From Roseibacillus sp. (GTDB taxonomy: Bacteria; Verrucomicrobiota; Verrucomicrobiia; Verrucomicrobiales; Akkermansiaceae): 64,000 nucleotides of DNA. The notes beneath the pieces are model-generated. The model was given only the letters and a program-made list of their open reading frames with translations, made no database searches and was not told the DNA's origin. Where the stretch lies: assembly GCA_965242925.1 (NCBI GenBank), contig CBDEUM010000014.1, positions 352,001 to 416,000 on the forward strand, read 5' to 3'. A program made the position numbers and the translations under genes. This document shows, one piece after another, positions 1 to 10,879 of this stretch (position 1 is the stretch's first letter; every line of letters begins with the position of its first letter).

Positions 1-1183
1 TCCGCAGCGGCATCCCGGTAGATTCCGGTGAGCAGTTCCAGGTTTTTTTCCCGGCTGTAATGATCACGGTATTCTGCCAGAGCGCGCTCACCCATGCGAC
101 GCCGTTCACGGGAGGGAAGCTCGAAGAACTCCCTCACTCCGGTTGCAATCTCCCCGGCATCTCCGCGGTTGACCAGAAATCCGGTCTCTCCCTCCCTGAC
201 GAGATCCCCGGGTGCCGTTCCCCGTGAGGAGAGCACCGCAGTGCCCATGGCGTAGGCTTCCAGCACCGTACGCCCGAAGGTCTCGTACCACTGTGTCGGC
301 AGGAGCAGGAGCTCGGATCGGCCAATCGCCCGGCAGGCCTCCTCCACCGGGAGGCGACCGGAAAAACTGATCGTGGGCGTGCCCCGGGCTTTTTCCCGGA
401 GCTTCGCTTCGAGGGGCCCGGAACCCACGATCTCCAACGGAACTTCAAGCCCATGGCGAACCCAGGCCTCCACCATGAGTTCAACGCCCTTGTCTGCCGA
501 CAACCGTCCCACGTAGATGGCCCGTCGCTCCCGCTTTTCCTCTCCTCCCTCGGGAAGGAGAGGCACCACGTTCGGCTTCAGGCAAATACGTTCCTCCGGG
601 AAACCCCCCTCCATGAATTTCCGGCGCACCAGTTCCGAGGCCACAATGAACCTGTCCACTTCCCGGAGGTAGGTGGCCCGCATGTTGTGCCAGGCATTCA
701 TGGCTACCAGCACGGCGGACCCGGGAAGGCTCCCCCGATAACATTTGTGCCGCACTCCCGCCCAGCCCACTCCGCGCCCCAGGCACTTTTCACAGATTTC
801 GCCCTCCCGCATGAGCAGTCCGCTGGCACAGAGCGGCCGATAGTTGCGCAGGGTCTGGACCACGGCCACTCCCGCAGCCCGACCAGCCCCGTAGATCGCC
901 GGAGAAATCAGGGGAAAGGAATTCTGCACGTGCATGACGTCAAAGTTTCCCTTTTCGAGGAGTGCGGACACCTCACGCCGACTGCGCCCTGACCAGATCG
1001 TGTCCGCCGCGGTCCTGAGCCGACCCCGGGACGCGATTTCCTCGTTGTCGCGAACGTAGGTCTCCACTTCATGTCCCCCGGCCCTCAGCAATTCGGTCTC
1101 GGCCGCAAATGACTCATCTTCCCCACCCCTGACGAGGTAGTGATTGTGAACCATGAGAACCCGCAGGGGGTGCTCGTCTTCAA
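1..1183 (-). CDS. Glycosyltransferase family 4 (3' end runs off the window)
   Basis: Not in the ORF track. Manual translation gives (M)KTSTPLRVLMVHNHYLVRGGEDESFAAETELLRAGGHEV...DVMHVQNSFPLISP, a typical GT4 N-terminus. The TTG start overlaps the upstream stop (TTGA). Confidence 0.85.
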
Positions 1184-2265
1184 CCAAGGAGTTCACGGTA
1201 ACAGTCCAGATGGCCTTCCATGGTTCGTTCCCAACTGTAGGCCCTGCTGTGCTCCAGGCCCCTTTCCACGAGCTCATCGGACCGGGAGAGGGCCTCGAGA
1301 ATAGCGGCCGCCCCTCCGGCAGGATCAACCGGATCGAAATAGAGCGCGGCATCCTTTCCGACCTCGGGCAGACTTGTTGCATTGCTGCACACCACGGGTG
1401 TTCCGGCAGACATCGCCTCAATCACCGGCAGACCAAACCCTTCATAAAGTGAGGGAAAGAAGAACACGGCCGCGTGCTGATAGGCCGGAACCAGAACCTC
1501 ATCGGAGACACGCCCCAGTTCAATCAACCGCTCCGAACCACATCGCCGACAGAATTCCTCCCGCAGCTCGTCGGGAAGGGCCGCGCCCGCACGAACGAGA
1601 ACCAGTTCGGGTTCCCGGGCGAAGACTTCCGCAAAGACCTCGGGGAAGATCTGCAGGTTCTTGCGGGCGAACGCGCTGCTTACACTGAAGACGTAGGGTC
1701 GACCGGCGAGGTGATCGAGGGCGGGAGGGAAATCTGCAGGAGTCCGGAAGACCTCCTGATCGATTCCATTCTGCACCACACGAATCCGTTCCCGCGGGAT
1801 TCCGGTGAGCTCTACCACCTCGCCTGCAGTAAACTCGGAAACCGAGGTGAGGAGATCAAAGTTCGTGAGCCGGTCCGCCTGTTTGCGGACACGGGCCACC
1901 TGAGTCTCGCTCAGTTCCCCCGGGAAACGAAGTGGAATGAGATCATGAACGGTCGCCATGGTCCGGGGAGAGCCCTGCAAATGCGGAAGCAGGTGCCCCA
2001 ATCCCTGTGACAGGCCATGGACCAGGTCGTAACGACCTGCCCTGTTCACTCTCCACCGGTAGAAGAACCACTTGTCGAAGCCCCTCACAATCCGGGAGGG
2101 AGAACCCGCCATCAACCCCTCGTAAGCAACCAAGGGCGAGATGCTGAATTCCTCGAGGCCCTCCACTCCTGCTCTCCGAACCACGTCGTGGAGAACGCCG
2201 AAATACCGCTGCATGCTCACGCTCCCGAAAGACGGAGGCGTCGGAATCCAAAGGACCGAGGACAT
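1180..2265 (-). CDS. Glycosyltransferase family 4
   Basis: TVHDLIP and FPSLYEGFGLPVIEAMSAGTPVV motifs. Start trimmed to MSSVLW to avoid overlap with the upstream gene. Confidence 0.9.
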   Translation of the reverse strand: MSSVLWIPTPPSFGSVSMQRYFGVLHDVVRRAGVEGLEEFSISPLVAYEGLMAGSPSRIVRGFDKWFFYRWRVNRAGRYDLVHGLSQGLGHLLPHLQGSPRTMATVHDLIPLRFPGELSETQVARVRKQADRLTNFDLLTSVSEFTAGEVVELTGIPRERIRVVQNGIDQEVFRTPADFPPALDHLAGRPYVFSVSSAFARKNLQIFPEVFAEVFAREPELVLVRAGAALPDELREEFCRRCGSERLIELGRVSDEVLVPAYQHAAVFFFPSLYEGFGLPVIEAMSAGTPVVCSNATSLPEVGKDAALYFDPVDPAGGAAAILEALSRSDELVERGLEHSRAYSWERTMEGHLDCYRELLG

Positions 2266-2330
2266 TCGATAAAAACTGGACAGGCAACTGGACCGCGCAC
2301 TCCGCTCCAGCCCGATGGGCTCGCGGTCCC

Positions 2331-3869
2331 CTACTGGCTGGCCTGACGGATGCCTCCCGGGACAGGAGGCTCCTCCGCTTCCGGTTCGGCGATGATGGCG
2401 ATTTCCTCCCGGCTTTGCCGCTCGCGGGTGAGGCCCGCGGCCATCACGCCCAGGAACACTCCGAAAAAGAAGGGATTGGGGTAGGCCTCCAGCGAGAGGA
2501 CCCCGAGAATGGATGCCCCCAGAACGGAAAAGGCAAGTGAAGCCATCAGCCTCAGGAGGAAGACATCGAAAGACTTGCCCTTGGACATCCTGATCAGGCG
2601 GCGATGCAGGAAAAACACGCTCGGCACCAGGATGGCACATATGGTGCCAACGGGGACATACCCGTACTGCATGACAAAGCGCACCAGCAGGGCGTGCGCC
2701 CTGTAGCCGCCCTCTCCCTGCGCAATCTCGGCCCCAAAAGGAGTCCAGTTGTTCGCGTCCGCCAGCATGTGGAAGTCCATCAAACGCACGTGGAAGGTCC
2801 GCACGCGCAGGAGGTCGGCCTTTGCACCGGATGTCCCGAACAGATCGTAAAGCCAGTTCTGCCACGAAGCCAACTCGTAGGCAATATCTTCACCGCTCAC
2901 CACCAGGACCACGAGGATGGTCGTGGCAATCCCGTAAGTGGCAATCGTGAGAAGTCCGCTGCGCAGAACCACCAACCCGAACATGACGCCCGGAATGACA
3001 AGCAGCGGTCCGCGCTTGAGCGAGAGAACCGCCGTGGTGGCAAACAACGCGAAGAGCAGAAGCATGACCACAGGGGGAAAGATCCGGTATTCCCTCGGCA
3101 TCTGTCCGCGGAAGAACCACGGCGAGAGGCAGATGGCCGCGCAAATCGCCATCGATGTGGAAAGCGGCCCCTGCGCCGAGAAAGGACCAAAAATCCCCTC
3201 CCCCCAGAGGAGGTATTTCAGGTTGATGGAGAAGCCCGATTCCATGTATTTATGCTCAAAATCAAAGAGCCCGAACCAAAAGTGCCACAGGGCATGGAGG
3301 GCGGCCGGGATCATGATGATAAGCGCAAACCGGAAGAACTTCTGCACGTCCACCACCCCCGGAAGAGCGAGCGGAAGGACGAAGATCAGCCCGTAATAAG
3401 CCGAGGTGTTGGCCAGAGGCTTGAGCGCCGCCATCCCAAAGCCCCCCTTGACCAATGCGATCATCGCAGTCGTCGTCACCAGGAGGGAGGCGATGACGAA
3501 GAGGATCGTATCGCGTTTCGTCATCTGGCGGACCCGCAGGGCGAAACAGGCGAGATAGTGGGTCACCATCCCGAGCAGCATGATCGGTGGCACGGCCAGG
3601 ATGAAATAGACGTCCCGGAAATCCATATGCAGCACGTTGGCGGTCACGAGGAACTTCTTGGGAATGTCGAGAAAGGTCGCAAATATGAGCAACACGTACA
3701 TCGAGGCCCGGGGAGCGACGCATCCCAGGAGCAGGGCCGGAACCCAGATGAAGCGGTAGGTCGCCCCAATCACGTTTCCTGTTCCGGTGAGGATCGTCAT
3801 CACCACGAAGAGGCCAAGGGCCATCATGGAGATCATCAGAACGATCGGTCCTATTCGAATAGTTCCCAT
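2331..3869 (-). CDS. Polytopic membrane protein, probable Wzy polymerase / O-antigen ligase family
   Basis: About 11-12 hydrophobic segments, 'SLKRGPLL' and 'AHALLVRFVMQYGYV' (ligase/polymerase-like His-Gly region), located in a polysaccharide locus. Confidence 0.65.
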   Translation of the reverse strand: MGTIRIGPIVLMISMMALGLFVVMTILTGTGNVIGATYRFIWVPALLLGCVAPRASMYVLLIFATFLDIPKKFLVTANVLHMDFRDVYFILAVPPIMLLGMVTHYLACFALRVRQMTKRDTILFVIASLLVTTTAMIALVKGGFGMAALKPLANTSAYYGLIFVLPLALPGVVDVQKFFRFALIIMIPAALHALWHFWFGLFDFEHKYMESGFSINLKYLLWGEGIFGPFSAQGPLSTSMAICAAICLSPWFFRGQMPREYRIFPPVVMLLLFALFATTAVLSLKRGPLLVIPGVMFGLVVLRSGLLTIATYGIATTILVVLVVSGEDIAYELASWQNWLYDLFGTSGAKADLLRVRTFHVRLMDFHMLADANNWTPFGAEIAQGEGGYRAHALLVRFVMQYGYVPVGTICAILVPSVFFLHRRLIRMSKGKSFDVFLLRLMASLAFSVLGASILGVLSLEAYPNPFFFGVFLGVMAAGLTRERQSREEIAIIAEPEAEEPPVPGGIRQASQ

Positions 3870-3985
3870 GAAGAAGTTTTCAATTGATCATGACCCCTGC
3901 GACTGATCTTCAGGTTTCCGTTTGTGGCCTTCCCCTCCCCCGGATAAGTGGCGGAGGGCCATCCTCCGTCGCCATCCGGAACGAG

Positions 3986-4705
3986 TCAATCCCCGAGCGA
4001 TCGGTGCGTCAGCCGTAGGAAAATCGCTTCTGCAGCCTTGCGACGCGGCTCGGAAGCTGACCTCAGATAGGCCTCTTCCATTTCGCGCTTTTCCGCCGCC
4101 CGCTGTTGTCGTTCTCCCTCACTCTGGCGCAGACGGGGCTCGAATTCCGCCATCCGTTCCGCGGGCAGACTCGTCCCGAAGGAGGTGCCGAACTTCTGGT
4201 TCAAGGCCGCCACAACAGTCGGAAATTCACTCGTGGTCGTGCCAAAATCGCTCAGCACCATACGGTCCAGATGCGGTTCCGCCGCCTCATAGAACATCAC
4301 GTACCACCGCAGGGCGGACTCGAAGGAAACGAAGGGCCACCGCCGGACCATGGAGTTCACCGAATCGATGGGACGGCGCAGGGTGAGGAGAACCGGTACC
4401 CCGAGGCGGGTGGCGCGGATCGTCTCGGCCGGGCTATGGTAGTGATTGCCAACGGGAACCCTCTCCTTCTGCATGGCTCGGAACGCCCGGGTCGCAAAGG
4501 AATTCGCCGAGCCTGGAAAGCCGTCAATCACGAGGGCCAGCCCGCGGTGCACCCGGCCTTCTTCCGGCACGGACTCACTGCGAGCCCGAAACCTCCGCGT
4601 GCGGGACCAGCTGAAGGGGGCCATCAGCGGCCAGAGCGATTCGCGGCAACTGATCTGGAAGCGCAGTTCAAGGGACGCGGCCCGCAGTCGCAATTTGAGA
4701 CTCAT
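3986..4705 (-). CDS. Sulfotransferase-fold protein
   Basis: 5'-PSB-like LVIDGFPGSANSF and 3'-PB-like LTLRRPIDSVNS motifs. Confidence 0.55.
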   Translation of the reverse strand: MSLKLRLRAASLELRFQISCRESLWPLMAPFSWSRTRRFRARSESVPEEGRVHRGLALVIDGFPGSANSFATRAFRAMQKERVPVGNHYHSPAETIRATRLGVPVLLTLRRPIDSVNSMVRRWPFVSFESALRWYVMFYEAAEPHLDRMVLSDFGTTTSEFPTVVAALNQKFGTSFGTSLPAERMAEFEPRLRQSEGERQQRAAEKREMEEAYLRSASEPRRKAAEAIFLRLTHRSLGD

Positions 4706-5538
4706 GATGCAGACAGGAAGGAACCGGCGCGGTCGACAGGGACGAACAGGTAGTTGGTGAGCGCGATGTCACTGTGCACTTCGATCTCCTCAAGACGCTC
4801 ACGGCTCCCATCAAGGTGGAGACGAATGATGCCATAACCCAGGTCGTGCAGGATCCCCGTCAGGGCGTCCTGACGCTCCTTGCGGAAGTTTCCCTGTTCG
4901 GTCGTGGTATCGTAGATGGGCAGCAGCTCTGTGATGATGAGGGGCTGGTGCTTTCTGAGAACGGGCCTCATGGCCCGGAAGACATCCAGTTCCCCCCCCT
5001 CCACGTCGACCTTGAGAACTCCCACCTTGTGTTCCAGCAACTCACCGGGCAGGACTTCGGCTCCCAGGATAGGGACCTTGATCCGTCGTTTGTAGTCGGA
5101 CTCGGAACGGAACCCGGCCACGATGCTGCCCTCCCCGCCCGTCAGCGAATTCAGGCGCAGATCCATCGCTCCGGTGGTCTCCCCAATCCCGAAGGGGAAG
5201 ATGGTGCATCCTTCCAGCGTGTTCAGCTTAACCAGGTTCATGGTGTAGAACACGCAGTAGGGATTCGGCTCGAATCCGATATAGTCCCAATCAGACCGGA
5301 TGGACTTCACCGCCAGCAGCGTCTGCCCGAGATTGACCCCCACATCAACGAAGCACCCATCGGCCTCTTTTTCGATCTGGATGAGATTCTCAAGCATCCA
5401 AGGCTCGTGGTGCCGCCGCATGGCCCCGCCCAGTCCTCCCAGCATGGGGATGCGGAAACGCCTCCCGTTGAGCGTTTTCCCCAGGGTGAAATTAAGCCGG
5501 CGCGCCACCGCCCGTTTCAGTGCTCGTATCATAGCCAT
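4702..5538 (-). CDS. FkbM-family methyltransferase
   Basis: FVDVGVNLG, FEPNP and LKVDVEGGE motifs. Confidence 0.9.
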   Translation of the reverse strand: MAMIRALKRAVARRLNFTLGKTLNGRRFRIPMLGGLGGAMRRHHEPWMLENLIQIEKEADGCFVDVGVNLGQTLLAVKSIRSDWDYIGFEPNPYCVFYTMNLVKLNTLEGCTIFPFGIGETTGAMDLRLNSLTGGEGSIVAGFRSESDYKRRIKVPILGAEVLPGELLEHKVGVLKVDVEGGELDVFRAMRPVLRKHQPLIITELLPIYDTTTEQGNFRKERQDALTGILHDLGYGIIRLHLDGSRERLEEIEVHSDIALTNYLFVPVDRAGSFLSAS

Positions 5539-5539
5539 C

Positions 5540-6679
5540 TCATCGGAAATCCGGTCCCGCACCCTTCCGGGTCCGCACCGCACGCAACACCTCGACCACT
5601 TCGCGGGCCCGCGCCTCCCAGGTGTGCCCCTCCCGGGCCCGCAGGACCCGTCTCCGCACCCTCTGCAACTCCCCGGGGTTCTCTGCCAGGCGACCCAGGA
5701 GATTCCTGAATTCTGCAGGGCTGCTCACCACCCAGCCCAACTGTTCCCGCTCCACCAGTTCCGCCACCACCCTGAGCCCGCCCGAAACGATCAGGGGCAC
5801 TCCAAAGGAGAGGGCCTCAAAGATCTTCACCGGCATGCAGCAGGCGAGGTAGTCGTTGTCATTGCGAACCGCGAGGGCCAGGTCGGCCCGGCGGTAACAG
5901 GGATTCAACCCCTCCCCATGGGTATGCACCACCGAGACATTCCGGTAGTCCCCAAATCGATACAGATCCCCATGATGCCTGAGAGCGCGTTCACGGGTAA
6001 CCACCTCAAGTTTCGCGCAGGATACGGCTTCCACCGCCTCAATATAGGGACGAAGATCGTAGTGCGGCGGAGCGATGTTCCCGACATAGAGCAGGTTCAG
6101 GCACCCGCCCTCTCCCACGGAGTCCCGCTCGACGCCGGGGTCGGGGTCCCGTTGTTCGCCACCGGGCGGCAGGGTCCTCATCTCGGTATTCGAAAAAGGA
6201 AAAGGCACATATTGACCCATGTTCCTGTGCGGCAGAAAGAGGACATCGAGAGACTTCTCATAGTGGCGCAGTTCCCGCCGCGCAAAAGCGGGTGTCAGAC
6301 GCTTCTTCACGAACGATTTCAGGTTGATGGCTCTGGTCTCTTCGTACATCCAGTAGATGTCGCGGTAGAATAACCCGGTGGGTACTCCGCGCCGATGCAG
6401 GTCCCGGATCAGGTGATAGTCGAAGTTCATGCGCCAGGGCCGCCGCCGCGCCCACGTCAGACCCGGAGGAACATTAACCGACTCCGAATAGAACACGGTG
6501 TCACTCTCCAGGGTCCTGTCCAGCGCGGCCGCCTTCCCCACCCGGGCCAGCCCCCTTCCGCTGATCTCGATGACCTCCTCGCCGAGAGATCTGAAGGCTT
6601 CCAGCATTCGAAGTGGACGCAAGGCGGACCCCACCGCTGCTTCCGGATCGAGTTTCCCGGGATAATGATAAATGATCAT
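5540..6679 (-). CDS. Glycosyltransferase (GT4-like)
   Basis: LLYVGNI and MPVKIFEALSFGVPLI motifs; C-terminal HTWEARA. Confidence 0.85.
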   Translation of the reverse strand: MIIYHYPGKLDPEAAVGSALRPLRMLEAFRSLGEEVIEISGRGLARVGKAAALDRTLESDTVFYSESVNVPPGLTWARRRPWRMNFDYHLIRDLHRRGVPTGLFYRDIYWMYEETRAINLKSFVKKRLTPAFARRELRHYEKSLDVLFLPHRNMGQYVPFPFSNTEMRTLPPGGEQRDPDPGVERDSVGEGGCLNLLYVGNIAPPHYDLRPYIEAVEAVSCAKLEVVTRERALRHHGDLYRFGDYRNVSVVHTHGEGLNPCYRRADLALAVRNDNDYLACCMPVKIFEALSFGVPLIVSGGLRVVAELVEREQLGWVVSSPAEFRNLLGRLAENPGELQRVRRRVLRAREGHTWEARAREVVEVLRAVRTRKGAGPDFR

Positions 6680-7744
6680 TCAGATTGAAAGGGCCGCCAC
6701 GATCCTGCCCGCCGCATTCCCGTCCCCGTAGAGGGGCTCCCATGAAGCGGGGGGCTCGGACTCTGCTACCAGGTTGGCCAACGATTCCACCTCCTCACCC
6801 AGAACCACGTTCCAGCCAGCCTCCACTGTTTCCACCCACTCGGTTTCCGTCCGAAGGGTCAGGCAGGGGGTTTTCCCCCAGTAGGCTTCCTTCTGCAAAC
6901 CTCCTGAATCGGTGAGAACCAACCGGGCCTGATCCAGGAGCAGAACCATCTCCAGATAGCCGACCGGGTCTATTGTGACAATGTGATCGCCCAACGACAA
7001 TTCCTCCCGCAAAAGAGCCTTCCGCGTGCGGGGATGAACCGGGAACACCACTTGGATATTCAGGCTGTTGAGCTGTTCCACCAGAGCCCGGAACCGCACG
7101 GGATCATCGGTGTTCTCGGCCCGGTGAAGCGTTAAGAGAGCAAACTCATCCGCCAGCATGTCCGGATTGGCAGCCTTCCAGAACTCTGCCGAGCGCCCGG
7201 CCACCACCTCCTGCGCCAGCTTGTTGGTATCTGCCATCACGTCTCCCACCATCTCCACCCCCGCCGTGATTCCTTCCCGCCGCAGGTTCTCCACCGCCAG
7301 TTCACTGGAGCAGAAAAGACGGTTGGAGACGTGATCCGTGAGCACCCGGTTGATCTCTTCCGGCATGCGGCGGTTCCACGAACGCAGGCCGGACTCAACA
7401 TGACAGACAGGAATGTGCAGCTTGGCGGCCGCCAGGGCCCCAGCCAGGGTGGAATTGGTATCCCCATACACCAGCACCCAGTCCGGCCGATCCTCTGACA
7501 GGATCTTCTCGATTCCCTCCAGCATCCGCCCCGTCATCGCCCCATGAGTGCCGCCTCCCAGTCCCAGGCTGTGCCGTGGAGGAGGAATCTCCAGCTCCTG
7601 GAAGAAAACCTCGGACATTTCAAAGTCATAGTGCTGGCCCGTATGCACCAGCACTTGTTCGATCCCCGCCGCTGCGAAGGCCCGACTGACGGGTGCGGCC
7701 TTGATGAACTGGGGGCGCGCCCCGATGACGGTAAGACATTTCAT
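6680..7744 (-). CDS. wecB: Non-hydrolysing UDP-GlcNAc 2-epimerase, WbpI-like
   Basis: GARPQFIK, HTGQHYD, GDTNST, MPEEINR and TDSGGLQKEA motifs. Confidence 0.95.
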   Translation of the reverse strand: MKCLTVIGARPQFIKAAPVSRAFAAAGIEQVLVHTGQHYDFEMSEVFFQELEIPPPRHSLGLGGGTHGAMTGRMLEGIEKILSEDRPDWVLVYGDTNSTLAGALAAAKLHIPVCHVESGLRSWNRRMPEEINRVLTDHVSNRLFCSSELAVENLRREGITAGVEMVGDVMADTNKLAQEVVAGRSAEFWKAANPDMLADEFALLTLHRAENTDDPVRFRALVEQLNSLNIQVVFPVHPRTRKALLREELSLGDHIVTIDPVGYLEMVLLLDQARLVLTDSGGLQKEAYWGKTPCLTLRTETEWVETVEAGWNVVLGEEVESLANLVAESEPPASWEPLYGDGNAAGRIVAALSI

Positions 7745-7783
7745 GGCTCAAAATCAGATTCTGCTCTGCCGTTCATCCCTGCC

Positions 7784-9283
7784 CTAGGAGGCCATGCCAT
7801 CGCCACGCCCCCCCAGCCGATGCCGGACGGTGTCCCAGTATCCCTTCAGGTCTTTTCGATAGAGGAGGAAGAATGGCGGACCAAGGAACACCAGGAACAT
7901 GGCGGTGGTCGTCATGGCGACCACCAGGGCGTTTTCGAAGGGCAGCAACTGCTGCAACGCCGTTGCGACAACCCCGGCCACTATCATCATGAGGATCATC
8001 AGACCAACCTGGCGATAGGGCATCAGTTGAAACCATTTTACCTCAAGCAACCGGCTGCAGTATCCGATGCAGTAGGGAACGACGTAACCCCAGAATACTA
8101 TCACCGTTCCCCAGGCTGCTCCTTCGATCCCGAAGTAGTAAATCAGGGGGTAACTCACCAGGGTGTTCAGGACCAGGGTCCCGATCGCGCGCTTCAGGAT
8201 CAAGTCCGTGCGACCCGCTGCCTGGAAGATCGCTCCAAAAAATATCAGGCGGGCCGGAAGCAGGAGCAGGTAGATGCGCAGGGGCCGGGAACTCTCGATA
8301 TACTCGCTGGAATAGAGCACGGCCATCAGTTCCGGCGCAATCACGAAGAGGACTCCTCCGATAGGCAGCAGAACCACCGAAACCTTGCGGGCAGCTTTGC
8401 GCCACAGTTCGAGCGCCTCGCCCTTCTGCTTGTTCTTGTAAAAGGCCACCAGTTCGGGAAGCACCACCGCGGTGGCAGGCACCGTGATCATCCGGATGAA
8501 CGGAATCTCCATCGCCCCGTTGACGAAAACCGCGAATTCCCGGGGACTGCAGAGTGCCGAGACGAGAACCTGGTCGATCCCCATCGCGAGTTTCTCCAGC
8601 ATGAGGGCGAGCCCGATCGGCACCGCGTACTTCAGCTGCGATGACATCCCTCTGAGGGTCGGCCGCGACACCTCGCTGCGTGGCACCGCGCGCAACATGA
8701 GGTAGATTCCCGAAGCAAACACAATCCCTCCCGAGACGGTCATCGCACCCACCGCTCCGAGTGGTCCGGCCGCACACAGCCACACCACCCCAAGGACCAG
8801 GAACAACCGGGAGAGACGGGTGGCCACCGTATGCAGGAAAAGCCATTGAACCTTTTCCTGCACCACCAGCACTGCGCTCACTGCCGTGGTGGGGAGGAAG
8901 AGGACGGGGTAGAGCGCGAAAACCAGCAGGGTCTCTTCGAGCTCCGGATTGGAGAACTGCTCGGCGATGAAGACATTGCCCCCGAGGACCAGAAACAGCG
9001 AAAAACTTCCCCCCAGGGCTCCCAGCAGAATCAGGTTCTCCAACAGCACTGCGCGGATCCGGCTCGTCTCGCCCGGCAGGAAATAGAACAGCGCCGCCGG
9101 AAGGCCCAGCGCGAGAAGAGGTCCGGAAAACTGGTAGATCAGAAGAGTCTGCCGGTAGGTCGCATAATCGACCTTGTCGAAGACCCGGGAAAGCACGGCC
9201 GCAATCACCAGGGTCACCACCGCTGTCGCTGCGTTGCTCGAGGCAAAAATCAATGCCTTGAATGTCCGTGACCTGGTCACCAT
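7784..9283 (-). CDS. Oligosaccharide flippase (Wzx, MOP superfamily)
   Basis: 499 aa with about 12-14 TM segments, 'YFGIEGAAWGT' MOP motif, polysaccharide-locus context. Confidence 0.85.
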   Translation of the reverse strand: MVTRSRTFKALIFASSNAATAVVTLVIAAVLSRVFDKVDYATYRQTLLIYQFSGPLLALGLPAALFYFLPGETSRIRAVLLENLILLGALGGSFSLFLVLGGNVFIAEQFSNPELEETLLVFALYPVLFLPTTAVSAVLVVQEKVQWLFLHTVATRLSRLFLVLGVVWLCAAGPLGAVGAMTVSGGIVFASGIYLMLRAVPRSEVSRPTLRGMSSQLKYAVPIGLALMLEKLAMGIDQVLVSALCSPREFAVFVNGAMEIPFIRMITVPATAVVLPELVAFYKNKQKGEALELWRKAARKVSVVLLPIGGVLFVIAPELMAVLYSSEYIESSRPLRIYLLLLPARLIFFGAIFQAAGRTDLILKRAIGTLVLNTLVSYPLIYYFGIEGAAWGTVIVFWGYVVPYCIGYCSRLLEVKWFQLMPYRQVGLMILMMIVAGVVATALQQLLPFENALVVAMTTTAMFLVFLGPPFFLLYRKDLKGYWDTVRHRLGGRGDGMAS

Positions 9284-9448
9284 TCAGTTTGCCGGCCATG
9301 GGTCCAATCCAACCATCTCTGAAGTTTCAACTGACATCGGGGGGCAAATCCTCTCCATCCTGACAAACGGGACTTCCGAGGCGCCGCGGAAGTCATGGGC
9401 CGGGATCAGCCTCCCCGAGGCTCCCGACAAGGAGAACACTCCCGGCCG

Positions 9449-10405
9449 CTATGACCCGTAAGCCTCGATTTCCACCACGTGGAAATTGCGGTTCTCGGTA
9501 TTACTGAGTCCGTGCACCCTGATAAACTGGAGTTTCGTGTCTTCCAGTCCGATCTCCTGCCATCCACCACGGGCTCTTGGATTTGAGCGGACCTGGTTCC
9601 ATGAGGCTCCATCCTCCGAGACGAAAATCCGGTAGCCATATCTCCGGTTGTCGAGATCGTAGAGGAAGAGACGAATCCTGTTAATGGTATGAACCGCCCC
9701 CAGATTCACCATGAAGCTGCACGGATTTGTGGCGAAGGCCCATCCCTTGTGCTTATCGTGCTTTGTCTTCCCGTCGATCATCAGATCCGCATCCTTGCCG
9801 CCCGACGCCTTGGCTCCCCTTGAAGCCAGAGCAAGGTCCTGCAGATCCTCATCGACTGGTTGACCAGGCTCGGGGGTAATGACCAGGGCTTTCACCTCCG
9901 GAAGATCCCCGACCCGCTTTTCTTCCTCCTCGATGACCAGAGCGTCCTTGATTTCACCCGCTCGCGTCAGCCGCCGTTTCTCGGTATCAAGGGCCTTCAG
10001 ATACAGTTCCACTGTTATCTTCAGTTTCTTGCTGCGGGCAGAACGGATCTCCGCCAATCCCCTCTCCCATTTCTCGCGAACCCGTTTGAAACGAAAGTCG
10101 GCATCGGCAGGAAGCTCCTTGGATTCCTCCCCGTCTTCGATCATCTCGATCTCTGCCAGAACCTGGGTGGCACCCTTGAGATTCTCGGCCCGCCCCAGCT
10201 CCCCCTTGAGCTTCTTCAGTGCTTCAAGGTAGTTGAGTCGCAGATCCCGGGCCGCCTTCCCATGTTCGTCCAGTTCGGCGTTCATCCGCTTCTCAAACGA
10301 AGTGCGGTACTTTTCCACGGTCTCCGCAACATCCGCCAGCACCGGCACGGTCATGCTGAAAGCCAGGACAACAGCCAGAAGGCGACCGCGAAGAATTCTT
10401 TTCAT
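9449..10405 (-). CDS. Secreted protein with helical N-terminus and C-terminal discoidin/F5-8 type C domain
   Basis: Signal peptide; 'DLALASRGA...MIDG...VNLG...YRIFVSEDGASW...HVVEIEAY'. Confidence 0.75.
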   Translation of the reverse strand: MKRILRGRLLAVVLAFSMTVPVLADVAETVEKYRTSFEKRMNAELDEHGKAARDLRLNYLEALKKLKGELGRAENLKGATQVLAEIEMIEDGEESKELPADADFRFKRVREKWERGLAEIRSARSKKLKITVELYLKALDTEKRRLTRAGEIKDALVIEEEEKRVGDLPEVKALVITPEPGQPVDEDLQDLALASRGAKASGGKDADLMIDGKTKHDKHKGWAFATNPCSFMVNLGAVHTINRIRLFLYDLDNRRYGYRIFVSEDGASWNQVRSNPRARGGWQEIGLEDTKLQFIRVHGLSNTENRNFHVVEIEAYGS

Positions 10406-10468
10406 GCTGGTGAGGGAAGTCCCTTTAGTTTCGTTGCCAACGATGCCCGGATCAAGCGAATTGCTCCC

Positions 10469-10867
10469 TTAATCCTGACGGTCATGAAACCTCGACCGCT
10501 GTTCCTCGGTGGGGAGCAGGCAGCTTTCCCCGCCCCGCAACCGATACCGGTTGCGGGCCACCAGGCCGTAGCACCAATCCCGCAGGAAGCGAGGCACCCA
10601 AAGCCCAAGGGCGGCCAGGAGCCCATATCGGGGCAACCGCGTTCCGATGCGCAGGGCGGCCGTGCTCCGCTCGGAGAGGTGTCCGTCCTCGAGCAGGTAC
10701 ATGGTGTCCAGTCCCGGTTCGTCCACCCCGTGATCGCGCAACAGCCGTCGCCCTGCCTTTGACTGGATCGAAGCAAAGTGGAAGAGCCCCTGGCGATCCC
10801 GCTTCAGGATGAACTGAATGGCGGCCGTGCAGAAACCGCACTCTCCATCGTAGAGAATCACCCTCAT
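10469..10867 (-). CDS. DCC1-like (DUF393) thiol-disulfide oxidoreductase
   Basis: ILYDGECGFC motif and 'RDWCYGLVARNRYR'. Confidence 0.9.
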   Translation of the reverse strand: MRVILYDGECGFCTAAIQFILKRDRQGLFHFASIQSKAGRRLLRDHGVDEPGLDTMYLLEDGHLSERSTAALRIGTRLPRYGLLAALGLWVPRFLRDWCYGLVARNRYRLRGGESCLLPTEEQRSRFHDRQD

Positions 10868-10879
10868 GTCTTTGTCCGC

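Noticed and set aside
2266..2865. N-terminal extension of the GT4 ORF in the track
   Set aside because: Overlaps the wzy-like gene and is not GT-like; the start at 2265 is preferred.
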